Positions 52,490 to 64,000 of a stretch of DNA of 64,000 bases are shown here, piece after piece (within the stretch, counting starts at the first letter, position 1; each line of letters starts with the position of its first letter). The notes under the pieces are model-generated. The model saw only the letters and a program-made list of their open reading frames with translations. It made no database searches and was not told where the DNA came from. Position numbers and translations under genes: made by a program. Location of the stretch: NCBI GenBank assembly GCA_013239625.1, contig MU054391.1:8527095-8591094 (forward strand), written 5' to 3'. The DNA comes from Lama guanicoe. Its lineage: Eukaryota.

Positions 52490-53300
52490 GTAACAAATAT
52501 AAAATTTTACAAAAACACCCTATAAGACTTAAAGAAGAAAGTGCAATAAAACTAATTGTCACTGCAGGGTAGAAAATATTTGTAGGACAAAAAAATATGA
52601 GTTGAAATAAAAATGATAAGTTGAACTTCAGTTTTTTTTTTTAATTTGCTTTTTGAAAGTCATCATAAAAAATGAAAAGGCAAACTAGAGACTTGGAGAA
52701 AATATTTCCAACACATGTATAAGAGGATTTGTATTGTGAATATGAAAAGAAGTCTCACAACTCAATAATAACATGACAAACAGCCCAATGGGAAAAATAT
52801 TTTAACAAACTCTTTGTAAGAGATATGAATGGCCAATAAGTGCATAAAATCAACATAATTAGTCATCACAGGAAACCAGTTAAGACCAGGATGCAATACA
52901 CACTCTCTAGAATAGCTGTTTCTCATATATATTAAAATATTTGAATGTATACCTAACCCTACTTTATGTCTTAGTCATTTCACTCAGAAATTTACCTAAG
53001 CCAAATGAAAAAAATACACCCATATAAAGTTTTTTTCACAATTGTTAATAGGAATTCTGTTCACTGTAGCCAAAAGCTAAAAACAATCTAATTGCCCCTG
53101 TGCAAACATAAACAAAATATGGTGTATCTCCTTGGTGGAATACTATGCAATGATGAAAAAGAGTGGACTAATGATATTTCCTTGGGTGTATCTCAAAATT
53201 AATATACTGACTTAAAGAAGCCAGTCACAAAAGTGAGTATCATGTAAGATTTTATTTGTATAAAGTCCTGGAAAGTGCATACAGATGTAAAGAGGTGAAA
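52490..53300 (+). mobile_element. L1ME ORF2 end / 3' region
   Basis: aaaatgaaaaggcaaactagagacttggagaaaatattt…ggaatactatgcaatg…aagaagccagtcacaaaag. Confidence 0.8.
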
Positions 53301-53329
53301 AGCAGATCAGCTAAGAGGAAGATAGGAGG

Positions 53330-53540
53330 ATGCAGTCCTGGCTCAGATTCCACAGACTCCCGCTTTTCTTACAGCATTTTTGTAGGTTTCTTTGAACAGA
53401 TGTTGCTTTATTTGCTGTATTACTGTAGGACCATTTCCAGAGGCTTTAAATTGTTTTTTCCTTTTCAAATAATTTCCAGCAGTTTCAGTGGGAAGCGAGT
53501 GTGCAGAGTTCCTCATGCTGTCAGGCCAGAATTTGATCCT
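53330..53540 (-). mobile_element. Ancient L1M 5'-end fragment
   Basis: …cagtttcagtgggaagcgagtgtgcagagttcctcatgctgtcaggccagaa. Confidence 0.45.
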
Positions 53541-54380
53541 TTAAGGGTGATTTAAATATTATTTTAACAGAATTAATTGACTTTTTTCAAAATAAAAGCT
53601 CTTAATGGAGTGTCAGGGTGTTTTCAGATAATTTTCAGTTATTTCACTGAGAAAGCTATATTGCTTTATTTTCCAGTTCCCAGTATATTCACATTGAAAA
53701 ACCAATTTCTTTAATTTACTAGAATTTTAGCTGTTATTATTTTTTTAAACTTTCCATTATAGGGTTTACTAATTAGAGCTTTAAATTCAATTCAAATAAA
53801 TAAAAGCAAACGTACTGTATTTGTGTTCCTCCCATGTACCACCCCTTCCATAGCCCTGCAAGGCTGCTGTCATCTGGGTTACAATGTCATTTGTCTAGAT
53901 AAAATTTGACTTATCTTGCCTGTGGAAGAACATGTTAGGTAGTATAATAGCCATCACTAATTTGTTATACTTTCCAATTCTATTTGAGCACATTGCAGTC
54001 CATAATAGAATGTTCATTATTGGTTTTGCACTGAACCCATCACTGTATTTATATGTGTAATAGTTAAATTACAGACACCTATACACATGAAAAATTTTAT
54101 ATATACCTACTTCATATGCTGCTTACATTGACAGAAACTAAATTGACTGTCATTTACTTCTTGATTCTGTTTTGAACGTTAGAGATTGAAGTGTGAGTCT
54201 GAATATGTGCATGTGGAAAATATATTAGCTGAAATATTATAAATATGGAAAATCTATAACTGCCTTTGTTTTTTAATTTATGATTCATAAAATCCAAAAA
54301 TATGATAGCCACTGCCTGAGTGGATGTAGTGGCAAGAGACTGTTCTTATGAGGCTAGTACCCATGCGGGTAATATGATTA

Positions 54381-55614
54381 AGAACTTAAAATGGATGAAA
54401 TGTAAATGTAAGGCCTGTAAGCATCCTAGAAGAAAATATAGGCGGTACGCTCTTCGACATCCATCTTAGCAATGTGTTTTAGATCTGTCTCCTCAGGCAA
54501 GGAAAACAGAAGTAAAAATGAACAACTGGGACCAAATCCAGCTAAAAAGCTTTTGCACAGTGAAGGAGGTCAACAAAATGAAAAGACAACTACTGAACGG
54601 AAGAAGATGTTTATAAGTGATATGTCCAATAAGGGATTAATAGCTAAAATATATAAAAAAACATACAACTCAATATCAAAAAAAAAAAATCCTTTCTGGG
54701 CAGAGGACCTGAATAGCCATTTTTTCCAGAGAAGACATACAGATGGCCAACAGGTACACGAAAAGATGCTCAGCATCACTAATCATCAGGGAATTGCAAA
54801 TCAAAACAACAGGGAGATATCACCTCATGCCTGTCAGAGTAGTAATCACAAAGACAAGAAATAACAATTGTTGGCCAGGATGTGGAGAAAGGGGAACCCT
54901 AGTACGCTGTTGGTGGGAATGTAAATTGGTGCAGCCACGGTGGAGAACAGTATGAAACTTCCTCAAAAAAAAAAAAAGTAAAAATAGAACTGCCACATAA
55001 TCCAGCAATTCCACTTCTGGGTATGTATCCAAAGAAAACAAAAACACTAAATCAAAAAGATACCTGCATCCCAATGTTCCTAGCATTGTTTACAATAACC
55101 AAGATACGGAAGCAACCTAAGTGACCATCGACAGAAGAATGGATAAAGAAGATATATATGTTTACATATATATAATGGAATATATAACTCAGCCATAAGA
55201 AAGAATGAAGTCTTGCCATTTGTGACAACCCAAACAGACCTGGGGGTATTATGCTGAGTGGAGTAAGTCAGACATAGAAAGACAAATACTGCATGGTGTC
55301 ATCTATATGTGAAATCTAGAAAACAAAACAAACAAATACAACAAAACAGAAATAAACTCACAGGTACAGAGAGAAAACTAGTGGTTGCCATAGGGGAGGG
55401 GATAAGGGGAGGGCCAACGTAGATGAAGAAGATTTAGAGGTACAAACTACCAGTTGTGAAACAAGTAAGTCACAGGGATGTAAAGTACAGCACAGGGACT
55501 GTAGCAATTTTTTATAACTTTGTATGGTGTGTAATCTATAAAAATATCAAATCCCTTTGTTGTATGCCTGAAACTAATATTATATTATAAATCAACTATA
55601 CTTTAATTAAAAAA
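54381..55614 (+). mobile_element. Younger (laurasiatherian/artiodactyl-type) L1 ORF2 end plus 3' UTR
   Basis: Well-preserved ORF2 C-terminus ([23 protein letters not shown]…[23 protein letters not shown]). 3' UTR ends aaatcaactatactttaattaaaaaa. Confidence 0.95.
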
Positions 55615-55689
55615 CAGAATTAGTCCAGAGATCAGAATAGAATCTATTATCATCAAATTCATGAAATTTTAGAATTTAGAAATGACTGA

Positions 55690-55870
55690 TACTATTTATT
55701 GAGCACATGCTATTTTCCAAATAAGGGGCTAACAAGGGGCTAAGTGGTTCATGTGGGATAATTGCCTTAATTGCACAAGCATGGGAGGCATAAATATTAC
55801 TTCATTTATTACAGATGCTCAAACTGAATCCATGAGAGGCTAAGAAACTCATCTAAATAACACAGAACTG
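55690..55870 (-). mobile_element. MIR SINE
   Basis: tatttattgagcacatgcta…tacagatgctcaaactga. Confidence 0.6.
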
Positions 55871-57329
55871 AAGTGCATTGTATGTAGCACAGAGACTAAA
55901 AATAGCAGAAAATAGGTTCAAAACTTCATTCAAGAGGATGTGTTTCATTTAAGGTACCAAAGTACAACTTATTGAGCAATTTGCAAGCCCCAGTTGATGA
56001 AGATGATCATGATGATGTGTGTCTGTGTGTGTACGTATCATTTTATATACAAAATTTGTACTTAGTGATGTGTATGTTTAGGTATATACATACGTATGCT
56101 ATACCTGCACAGGTATAATTACAAATACAGTTGTATTGTACATGGGTAGAGAAGACAGAGAAAAAAACAAATGTGGAAAGTGTAAATAAAGATTCTGAGA
56201 ACAATGAAGCAAAGCAAGTTTTTGGATCTATTTATTAGTGAATTGAGTGAATTAGTGAATTAACTCCCAACTGAAAAGGAATCAGCTGTAATAATCAGAA
56301 TGATAGTGACTTAGAAATCACAAAATTTATAGAGTGTTTGAAGATAGTGTCAAAATTTGTTTTTGCCAGTTTAAAGCGAACTTTTCTGAATAGAATCCAA
56401 TATAAATTGACATATTTTTATGTTTTAAATTATTAAATAATTAAAGCAAAATGCACACAACTTAAGAGTAGATATTTTTGGAGGTGAAAATAATGGCAAT
56501 GATCTATGTAGACTGCTGTCAGTGAGATAACTGATAACGGCATTTTGTCCCCCCCAAGTGTCCATATGCAACATATTTGAGAAGTAGCAACATGTAGATG
56601 AGTTTCTTGGCTTTCAAATTAAAGTTAGATGGTAGTCCCTTTTGAGAAGGTCATAACGGCTACAGGCTGAGTGAGTGCTGTTCATCAGAGTTTTATACTT
56701 TAGCTATAATTAATGTAAACATCAGACCCAGTTCTTTAAAACAGTGACATTTTAAGGAGATATTTCTTTGTAATAAAATGCATTTTGTGACTATCAAGTT
56801 GTGGAAGACAAATTTTAATATTCTAGTAATTTATCAACTAATCTAAAAATCAAAGAATAAATTATCAATTAAAAATAAAACCCATTTTGGATTTAGAAAA
56901 TGTATCTCTATTTTCACAGTGTGACTTAACAACATTTTCATAATTCCTTTACCTTCCAATTCTTTTAGAAATAAGTCTGTTATTACAATATGTTGTCTAA
57001 AGTACAAAGCAAACCATTTCAAAGCCAGGGGAGTTCGTTTTTCTCTCAGTTCAAGCTCTACTACTTGCACTTTGGGGTAAATGATAAAATTATTTTTAAC
57101 TTTAAGGCATTTCCCACCATCCTTGTGCCGAGTAGCCTCTTTGTTTCATTTGAGTGTGATTCTTGTGGAGGTGAATTAGTTTAAGGAGAAAGTCCCCAAG
57201 TGATGAGTGTAACTTTCAGCACCTCAGCCATCAGGAGTCCTGCTGCCGTTTGTCACAAGCACCAACATCCTCCACCTGAATCTTAAGAGAAAAGTGGAAC
57301 CCTGTGTATCACTGTATGCGCTTATCACT

Positions 57330-57520
57330 ACTTTTTATTATCTACTGTGTGTCAGGTAGTGTTATGCTCTTTATTCACATTCTTTTCATCTCAATGATAC
57401 TTTCATGAGTTAGGGGAGATTTGCTCCCCATTTTTCTAATTGAAGAGCCGAAGTCCAAAGAGGACACATCACTTCAGTGGCATCAGAGCTGGGGTTTGAA
57501 TCCAAGCTTGATCAACTTCA
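57330..57520 (-). mobile_element. MIR SINE
   Basis: ctactgtgtgtcagg…ccccattttt…agtggcatcagagctggggtttgaatccaag. Confidence 0.7.
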
Positions 57521-58031
57521 CAGCTTATTTTCTTGACGTCTGTACTTGTCGTTTGTCATGCATAGGAAGGCGGCTGCTGAGTATCTGAACTTCTTCCAAC
57601 ACAGAGAGGATTTTCTGTAATCTGAACTTTGGTAGCAACAGATCCTCCCTCCCTTAGAAGACGAAACACCTTGCTCTTGCTTTTGCAGTAAACCCTTCAG
57701 TGGGGAACAAACACGTGACCCAGATACTCCACTCAGACTCCCTTGTCCAAACCTGGAACTCTGAAACGTTGATGCAAAGAAGCTGATATTAGGAAGAATT
57801 AATTCACTGTCTGTAGAACTAAAAGGTTCATACTGATCTCTAAGTAAACTATTTATATTCTGTATAAAGGTGCCTTCTCTATTCAAATGGAGAGACACAA
57901 AAATATATTTCCAGAGTCAGGGATTTTGAACCACAGGCATGACCTGCTGGATAAGAGTTCTTGTTACCAGGCTGACCAGCGGAGATGGTTCATGGACAGG
58001 GAAGGCTCTCCTTTTCTGGAATATCTACCTC

Positions 58032-58103
58032 AAAAAAATAAAATAAAAAAAAATAAAAGAAGAAGAAGAGGAGGAAGAAGGAGAGGAAGAAGAAGAAGAA
58101 GAA
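58032..58103. repeat. A-rich plus (GAA/GGA)n low-complexity tract
   Basis: Directly visible polypurine run. Confidence 0.9.
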
Positions 58104-60199
58104 CTAGATCATTCCTTCCTATGAGCAACACTTAGTTTATTAGCAAAAAAAACACAGCTTTTGCATCAACTTGTGTGCCTTCCATAGGAGTTCTGCATTT
58201 CCCGTCTTGGCTGAATGGATGCTTCAAACCTGAGATGAGCCACCAGAAACTTTTTCCCAGTTATCACCAATTCACAGGGTTGTTTTTAACTCTCAGGTAA
58301 TTTAGAATTTTTTGAAACTTCTGTCACCATTTTTGAAATGTATGCAAATAACAGCTGGGCTATTCTTCTAATGTACATTGAAGGACACCCAATTCATTTT
58401 TGTGAAACAAAAAGCCACCGAAACCTTGGCATCCTGGCTTGTTCCCAGGCTTCCTTCCTATTATCTTACAACTATACAGAGCTATTGGAGGGAAAAATTG
58501 GCACTTATATTATCAAAGCCGTTTTGTCACCATGTTTCCAATTATGGGAGAAAAAATTTGGTCGAATTATCATCAGAAATGCAGGCTTATAATACATGTG
58601 CCAACAGAACAGTTTTGGGGTTAATTTACGTGGCTATCATTAGTTGCAACAGGAGCTATCTATGGAAATCTTCCATTTATATAGAGATCCTGGCTGAAGA
58701 GAATCTAGACATTTGGAAACCCATAATCTGAGGATTGTAATTTATCAAAAGGATGGTCACAAAAGTTTGAATTTTTTGATGTGTTTTTAATATATATTCA
58801 CGTTACACTGCGAGGCAAACGAGAAGATGAAATAAAAGGAGAAAATCTTGGTGCTAGCTTTCTGTTAGTATATGATGTATTCTAGATGCTTTCACTAGAG
58901 TTGCTTGGAAAATTCTGATGACAGATATTTTTGAGCAGTTTTAATATCTGTGCAGGGATTTGGGAATTTTCTGGGCTACCAATATACAAAGCATTGCCTC
59001 TTGTATTCAGGGAAGTGAAATTCAACATCCCCATCAAGTACCTATTTACTGATGACAAGACTTAAGATACATAACTTTAATAACAGGTCAAGTAGGAGTA
59101 ATAATTAGAAAAGGGAGTAGTGATGCATCTGTGTGAGAAGACAATACAGAGGTGAGGTTTATTGTTGATCATGGCTGAATAGGGAATAATCAGCCATTGA
59201 ACAAATAAAAAATGTGGCAAGCGCCACTGAAGATTTAGGACTGGATTTCCTTTCTTGTCTGGGGAAGCGGGGTGGAGAGAGCACAGGAAAGGGAATCCAT
59301 GAGTGGTCAGAGGTGCTTTAGGCTGTAGCTGGCGTGTGTGGTGTTGAAGCTGTAGACCCACCATGCATTAGAGACAGAGTAGTACACAGACGCTTTTGTC
59401 CGCATGTAGTTTTTCCTAGGAGCAATGCCACATTTAGTGTGTTCATATAGATTACTAAATATTTTCCCACAAATAGCCAAATCTAGTCTAAAGATTTTAA
59501 AGTTTTACATTTTCACATTTTTCCCTCCTTTTCCATAGTCTCTCACACACTAAACCAGTGCAGTTAATCACCCTAGGAAAAGGTTGATTCACTATTTCAG
59601 TTTTGAATTTCAATGTATAGTTTAAGCCTTTGACAGAAATGGTAGTGCTTTTGATATCCTGTTTTCACTTGGTGTGTTTATTTTTAATTCAAAAAGCAGA
59701 GCATGTCTATTGGGATAAAAGTCAGAAAGTCTCAGACTATATATGGTTCTCAAACCATAAAGTTGTGAAGAATCCCTGATAACACCAAAAACCATTTGCT
59801 CACCCGAAGGAGAAAATAATTTAGCTTCCAAGTGGGTGTTGGAAGAGTGAGAGAGTGGTCTTGATGAATATTCAGACATAGTGAGTCTCTATGAGAATTA
59901 AAATTTTCTGCTTTGATTCACTTAGTTAAATCCAAAGAGAGGCCAAACGTATGAATGAATACTTACAGATAAATTTGGAAGTATCCTTCAATACATAAGG
60001 TCTGTGTCTTGTTTATAATGTAAGACCTAGAGAGAATGAAAACTTGGTTACATAAGGGTGGAGTGATCACAGTCTCTGAGTTAAATGCTTAGGAAATAAT
60101 GCCTAGGTGATCCAAAGGCTCTGAATGCAGGGCAGGGACTTGTCCTAAGATTTCCATGTCTGCGCAGGACTGCAGAGATAGTAATAACACCGGAAGTGA

Positions 60200-60342
60200 T
60201 GTGGTAAATGATGATGACAACATCTCCAGGCATGTCTAAATTCTTAATATCTACTATTTAATCCTTCTAACTACTCTCTAGATTATAAACTTTTATTGCC
60301 CTTATTTATAGACGAGGAAAATTTTGTCAGAGGGTTATTAAG
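60200..60342 (-). mobile_element. MIR SINE
   Basis: tatttaatcct…attttatagacgaggaaa. Confidence 0.55.
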
Positions 60343-61339
60343 AGAAAACCTTTAAAACAGTAGAATCTTTGAATTTAGAGTAAGAAAGACTCAATGTAAA
60401 GAAATTTCTAATAGCTGATCATGAAAGAGAGAGGGTTATTAGCAACAGGAGAAGCAAAACAGCAAGATGTTCAAAGTTGCAGCAAAAACTGTGGGAGACG
60501 AAAGACACCCCAAGTAACAGAGACCTCCTGGGTGACTCACCGTAGCCAGCAGGGAAAGCAAGACAACCTGGCTAAGTTTACTTAATGGTCAGCCTACGCT
60601 ATGTTTCACTAAAATAAACCAGCGATGTAATAAACTTCATACTTGATACTTGATGAATACTTTATATTTTAAACAACAAAGATTTCTTTCTCCCTGTAAA
60701 TTCTTATCCAAAATGGTTAGGAAAAGGCTTCTGCTCATTGTAATTATTTAGAAATCTAGTGGAGATGCAATCACCATTTCGAATGTTGACACTTGCTGGG
60801 CTAAAGAGAAAAGTAAAAATACGGACGGATGATCTTACCTTGCACTTAAATACTCTGACCTGTAATTGGCACATGTAATTAACATGTCCCATAAGTGATT
60901 TGTGATTAATTTGCCTTCTAATTAAACATATGATCCCATGCAAATGCAGTAAAAATTTCAGGAGGTGAGATTCTATCCATGTTTCATGGGTAGAACAAAA
61001 ACAGCTGGAAATATTTGGCAACTCACGTTCCACCTTTTTGGTTGCTACATATTTAGCTCATTTTTGTTTCTTCATTTCTAGAAAAAACAACAGGTTCCCT
61101 GTTGCCGCACAACGGTGAGCACTCCGTTCTCCTAGACTATCACAGTGTCAAACCCGAAGTCCTGTATCTTTGTGAGACTTTTCCTTCTTTGTTACTCTCT
61201 TTGGTCACATCTGAATTGACTATAGGAGAATGTCTTTTTTGGTGTTGAGCAATTTTCTTAGCCATCTCTGGAGTGTTGAGAGCTGGAAGAACATTTTAAA
61301 CCTATAACAGTCACAAAGTCACCTACCCTCCATTTATTA

Positions 61340-61956
61340 TTTTTCAAGGATGGCTCATGGTTTTCTTCTCTTGCTATTGTTATTTTTTTTAGTATGTTGG
61401 ATAATTGTAAATTCCACCTGCTTGACTGCTTTGTTTTGGAGATTCAAATTATGTTATAGTTTTCTTAAGAGTACTGGTTTTGTTTGTTTGTTTTAGTAGG
61501 CAGTTAACTTGGATGAACTCAAACTACCAACTCTGTTTCTTGGGGAGAGTTTCAAATTTCACTGCAATTCATGGAATCTGCACCACACAGCCAGAGATAT
61601 GGGCAGTGTACATACACAGAATTCAGGCTTCCCTCACTGGATCTCTTCTTTACTAAATTCACTCTTACGTTCCACTGGCTGTAGTTGTCTGAAACTCTGT
61701 ACTGTATCTTCATGCCAGAAAAACTATATTTTCTTTGAAATTCTAGCCATTTCATGTGGTGCTGAATTTGGCTTGTTCTCAGGCTAAAAGCTCTTAAATC
61801 TATAAAATCACCCAGTGCTTGTCTATTCTTACAAGTGCATATTTATTTCCAGATTCTGCTTACTTTCTATATTTCCCCCCAGAGTTTAGAGTACTTATCT
61901 TTGGAAGGAATAATCCAATAGAAGTTTATGCAGTCGTATTGGAAGCAGAAGTTCCA
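61340..61956 (-). mobile_element. Ancient L1M/HAL1-type 5' region
   Basis: tatgttggataattg…gttttagtaggcagttaacttgg…ccagagtttagagt…gtattggaagcagaag. Confidence 0.6.
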
Positions 61957-63779
61957 AACTTAACTTTTGAGACAGACAGTAATATCTCTTACATGTGTAG
62001 GGGGGAAAAAAAGATTAACTGTTACAATTTACAGTTTCAATTTTGTTTTTTCCTCTTGAAGGAAAAAATGTAAGTATTGTGTACATGACTGGTACCATTG
62101 GATTTTTATGCCTATGAAAGAGAATATTGCTGGATATAGTCAGGTGAGATAAAGGAAGGTGATACGGCTAATAAGAAACAAGTGGAATTGCTTATCAAGG
62201 TTATATCACTGTCAAACTGGCCTCAAAAACTGTCAGAAGCTGACTCTCTAAAAGTTACCAACACAATCTGTTCATAAGACAAAGCAGGATGTATTACAAT
62301 CCCAGGTTAGGGAGAATATTATCTAACAAAGCTTTGGCGGTATATCACATGAATGAATCGGAAGTTTGTTTTAAGGGAGGTCTTTGGTTAAGACTGGGTT
62401 CAAATCATGATACAAAAGTACGGGATTGTTGGAAACAACATTCGATGATACTTAGGACACAGCAAACTGCTGATAATATCCATTTAAGAGTTGGTGATCT
62501 TTTGAAAAATTCCTTTAATGAGCAATCAAACTATTGGTCTGGGGAAGAGACTGTTGGGGGGAGAAAGTTAAGCTAATTAAGACAGAGAATTAGAAAAGTC
62601 ATGTAGGCAGTAAGATTTTACTTTTAATTGTCACTCTCCAGGATAAATGTAAGGGTTGATGGTTTGGCTTTCATAATAATACCATCATTTACCTCCAGAA
62701 GCCCAAGAAGCACCATTGCTGCTCCCAGAGCCACTCATGACATGAAGTGAAATGGGCAGACAGCAAAACTGAACCAAATTAACAGACAGAATCACAGTTT
62801 GTTCTTACTCCTTCAGCCCCAATAACCACTGTAGCACCTGCCCAGCTTTCCTCTTGTCAACTGGTCATCTTTATCACTTTTCCCCCAGTTGCTATTCTGT
62901 ATACTTAGAAATACATCCTGATAAAAGAAACATACCCTTTGAGTCCAGTGTGACTTTCCAGCAGGTACTATATTCATTCAAATATAAATAAAAAACAGAA
63001 CATGTCTAAAAACACAATTGCTTAAAAAATAACCCTGAGTCTCTTCTTTCTCCTTCTGTAACGTGGCATCATATTCCTTCTTTTGTTAGTGCTACCACTC
63101 AACCTTTGAGTTTCTAGTTGCTTATTCTGTATTTTCTATATGAAGTTACGGTTTCACCCTCAAGTATGTAGTGGTGTTGGGGAAGATTTGCTGTGAGGAT
63201 GGTATTCGACATGGACAGGAAATTTTTTTTCTCATTTCTGTTCTTCTTTACTATTTTAGAGAGGATAGAGGTCTTAGTTTGATCAGACAAGTTCTGCACT
63301 TGTTAATACTGCCTTCTTTCCCTATCAAATACACTCAGACGATGCCTTGCAAGTTTTCCATACTATGATTACCACCCTAATGTGACTCAAGACATATTGG
63401 TCTACTGCAGGGATTTTTCTCATCAGATCATTGTGTGACACTATCATAGATTCTCCAGGAGCTGAGATAAGGGTCAATTTTAATGACACCACATCGTGAG
63501 ACACTCCAATTATCCTTTTTTAATCGAAGAAACCAAAGGGATGTACCCTGATTCTCTTTCCCTTTAATATGACTTATTTGCACATCCAATACCCTTGCTT
63601 GGAAGGTTAAGACTAATGATTTTATACAGGCTGCCTAATTGTCAGGTTGGATACGGGGTATCTGGCTGAACTAGTCAGTCTGGTTTCTTCCAAGAGGCTT
63701 ATCAGGTTCTTATGACACTAGAAACTTGATTAACTTAAAAAAGAATGCCTCAATATATCTTCATGAATACATATCTTAG

Positions 63780-63780
63780 G

Positions 63781-63822
<42 letters not shown>

Positions 63823-63870
63823 CTCTCTCTCATACACATATATACATAGACAGATAGATAGATATAGATA
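63780..63870. repeat. (CA)n(CT)n(GATA)n compound microsatellite
   Basis: Directly visible. Confidence 0.95.
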
Positions 63871-64000
63871 CAGTTGAATTTAATTTATATTTGCTAAAGA
63901 AAGTTGAACAAGTTTGTCATTTGCTTAGAAAATAGAGACTACAATTTCCTACTCAAGAACTTTACCAACTAAAAAGGCAAAGAAAGCACTTTAAAAGAAA

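Noticed and set aside
56140..56190. piggyBac-like CxxC remnant (GREDREKNKCGKCK)
   Set aside because: Too short, with no TIR/TTAA pair or other transposase motifs identified.
57887..58135. Arginine-rich protamine-like ORF
   Set aside because: The Arg/Gly run is only the translation of a (GAA/GGA)n microsatellite.
62289..62576. 95-aa ATG ORF
   Set aside because: No recognisable domain or splice structure, and the length is within chance expectation for 64 kb.
1..64000. ORF-track entries as genes
   Set aside because: All are 130 aa or shorter, often with non-ATG starts. Many lie in L1, LTR or simple repeats, and none resembles a protein I recognise apart from L1 ORF1/ORF2 debris.

Overview
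AT-rich mammalian genomic DNA, most likely camelid (camel/alpaca/llama), judged from a tRNA-derived Vic-1-like SINE at about 35.0-35.2 kb. The window is dominated by eutherian transposon fossils: L1, L2, MIR, MaLR/ERVL/ERV1 LTRs, and hAT and Tigger DNA elements. I found no recognisable protein-coding gene. The supplied ORFs are short, mostly use non-ATG starts, and many lie inside repeats. The one clearly functional-looking element is a small CpG-island promoter at about 39.96-40.33 kb. It has YY1, BANP-like, GC-box, E2F and CCAAT motifs and a strong minus-strand splice donor, consistent with the non-coding first exon of a leftward transcript (lncRNA or a gene with a long 5' region). A few candidate downstream exons can be proposed. 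I do not see convincing evidence for a new biological system. Repeat family names come from recalled consensus sequences, and boundaries are approximate.
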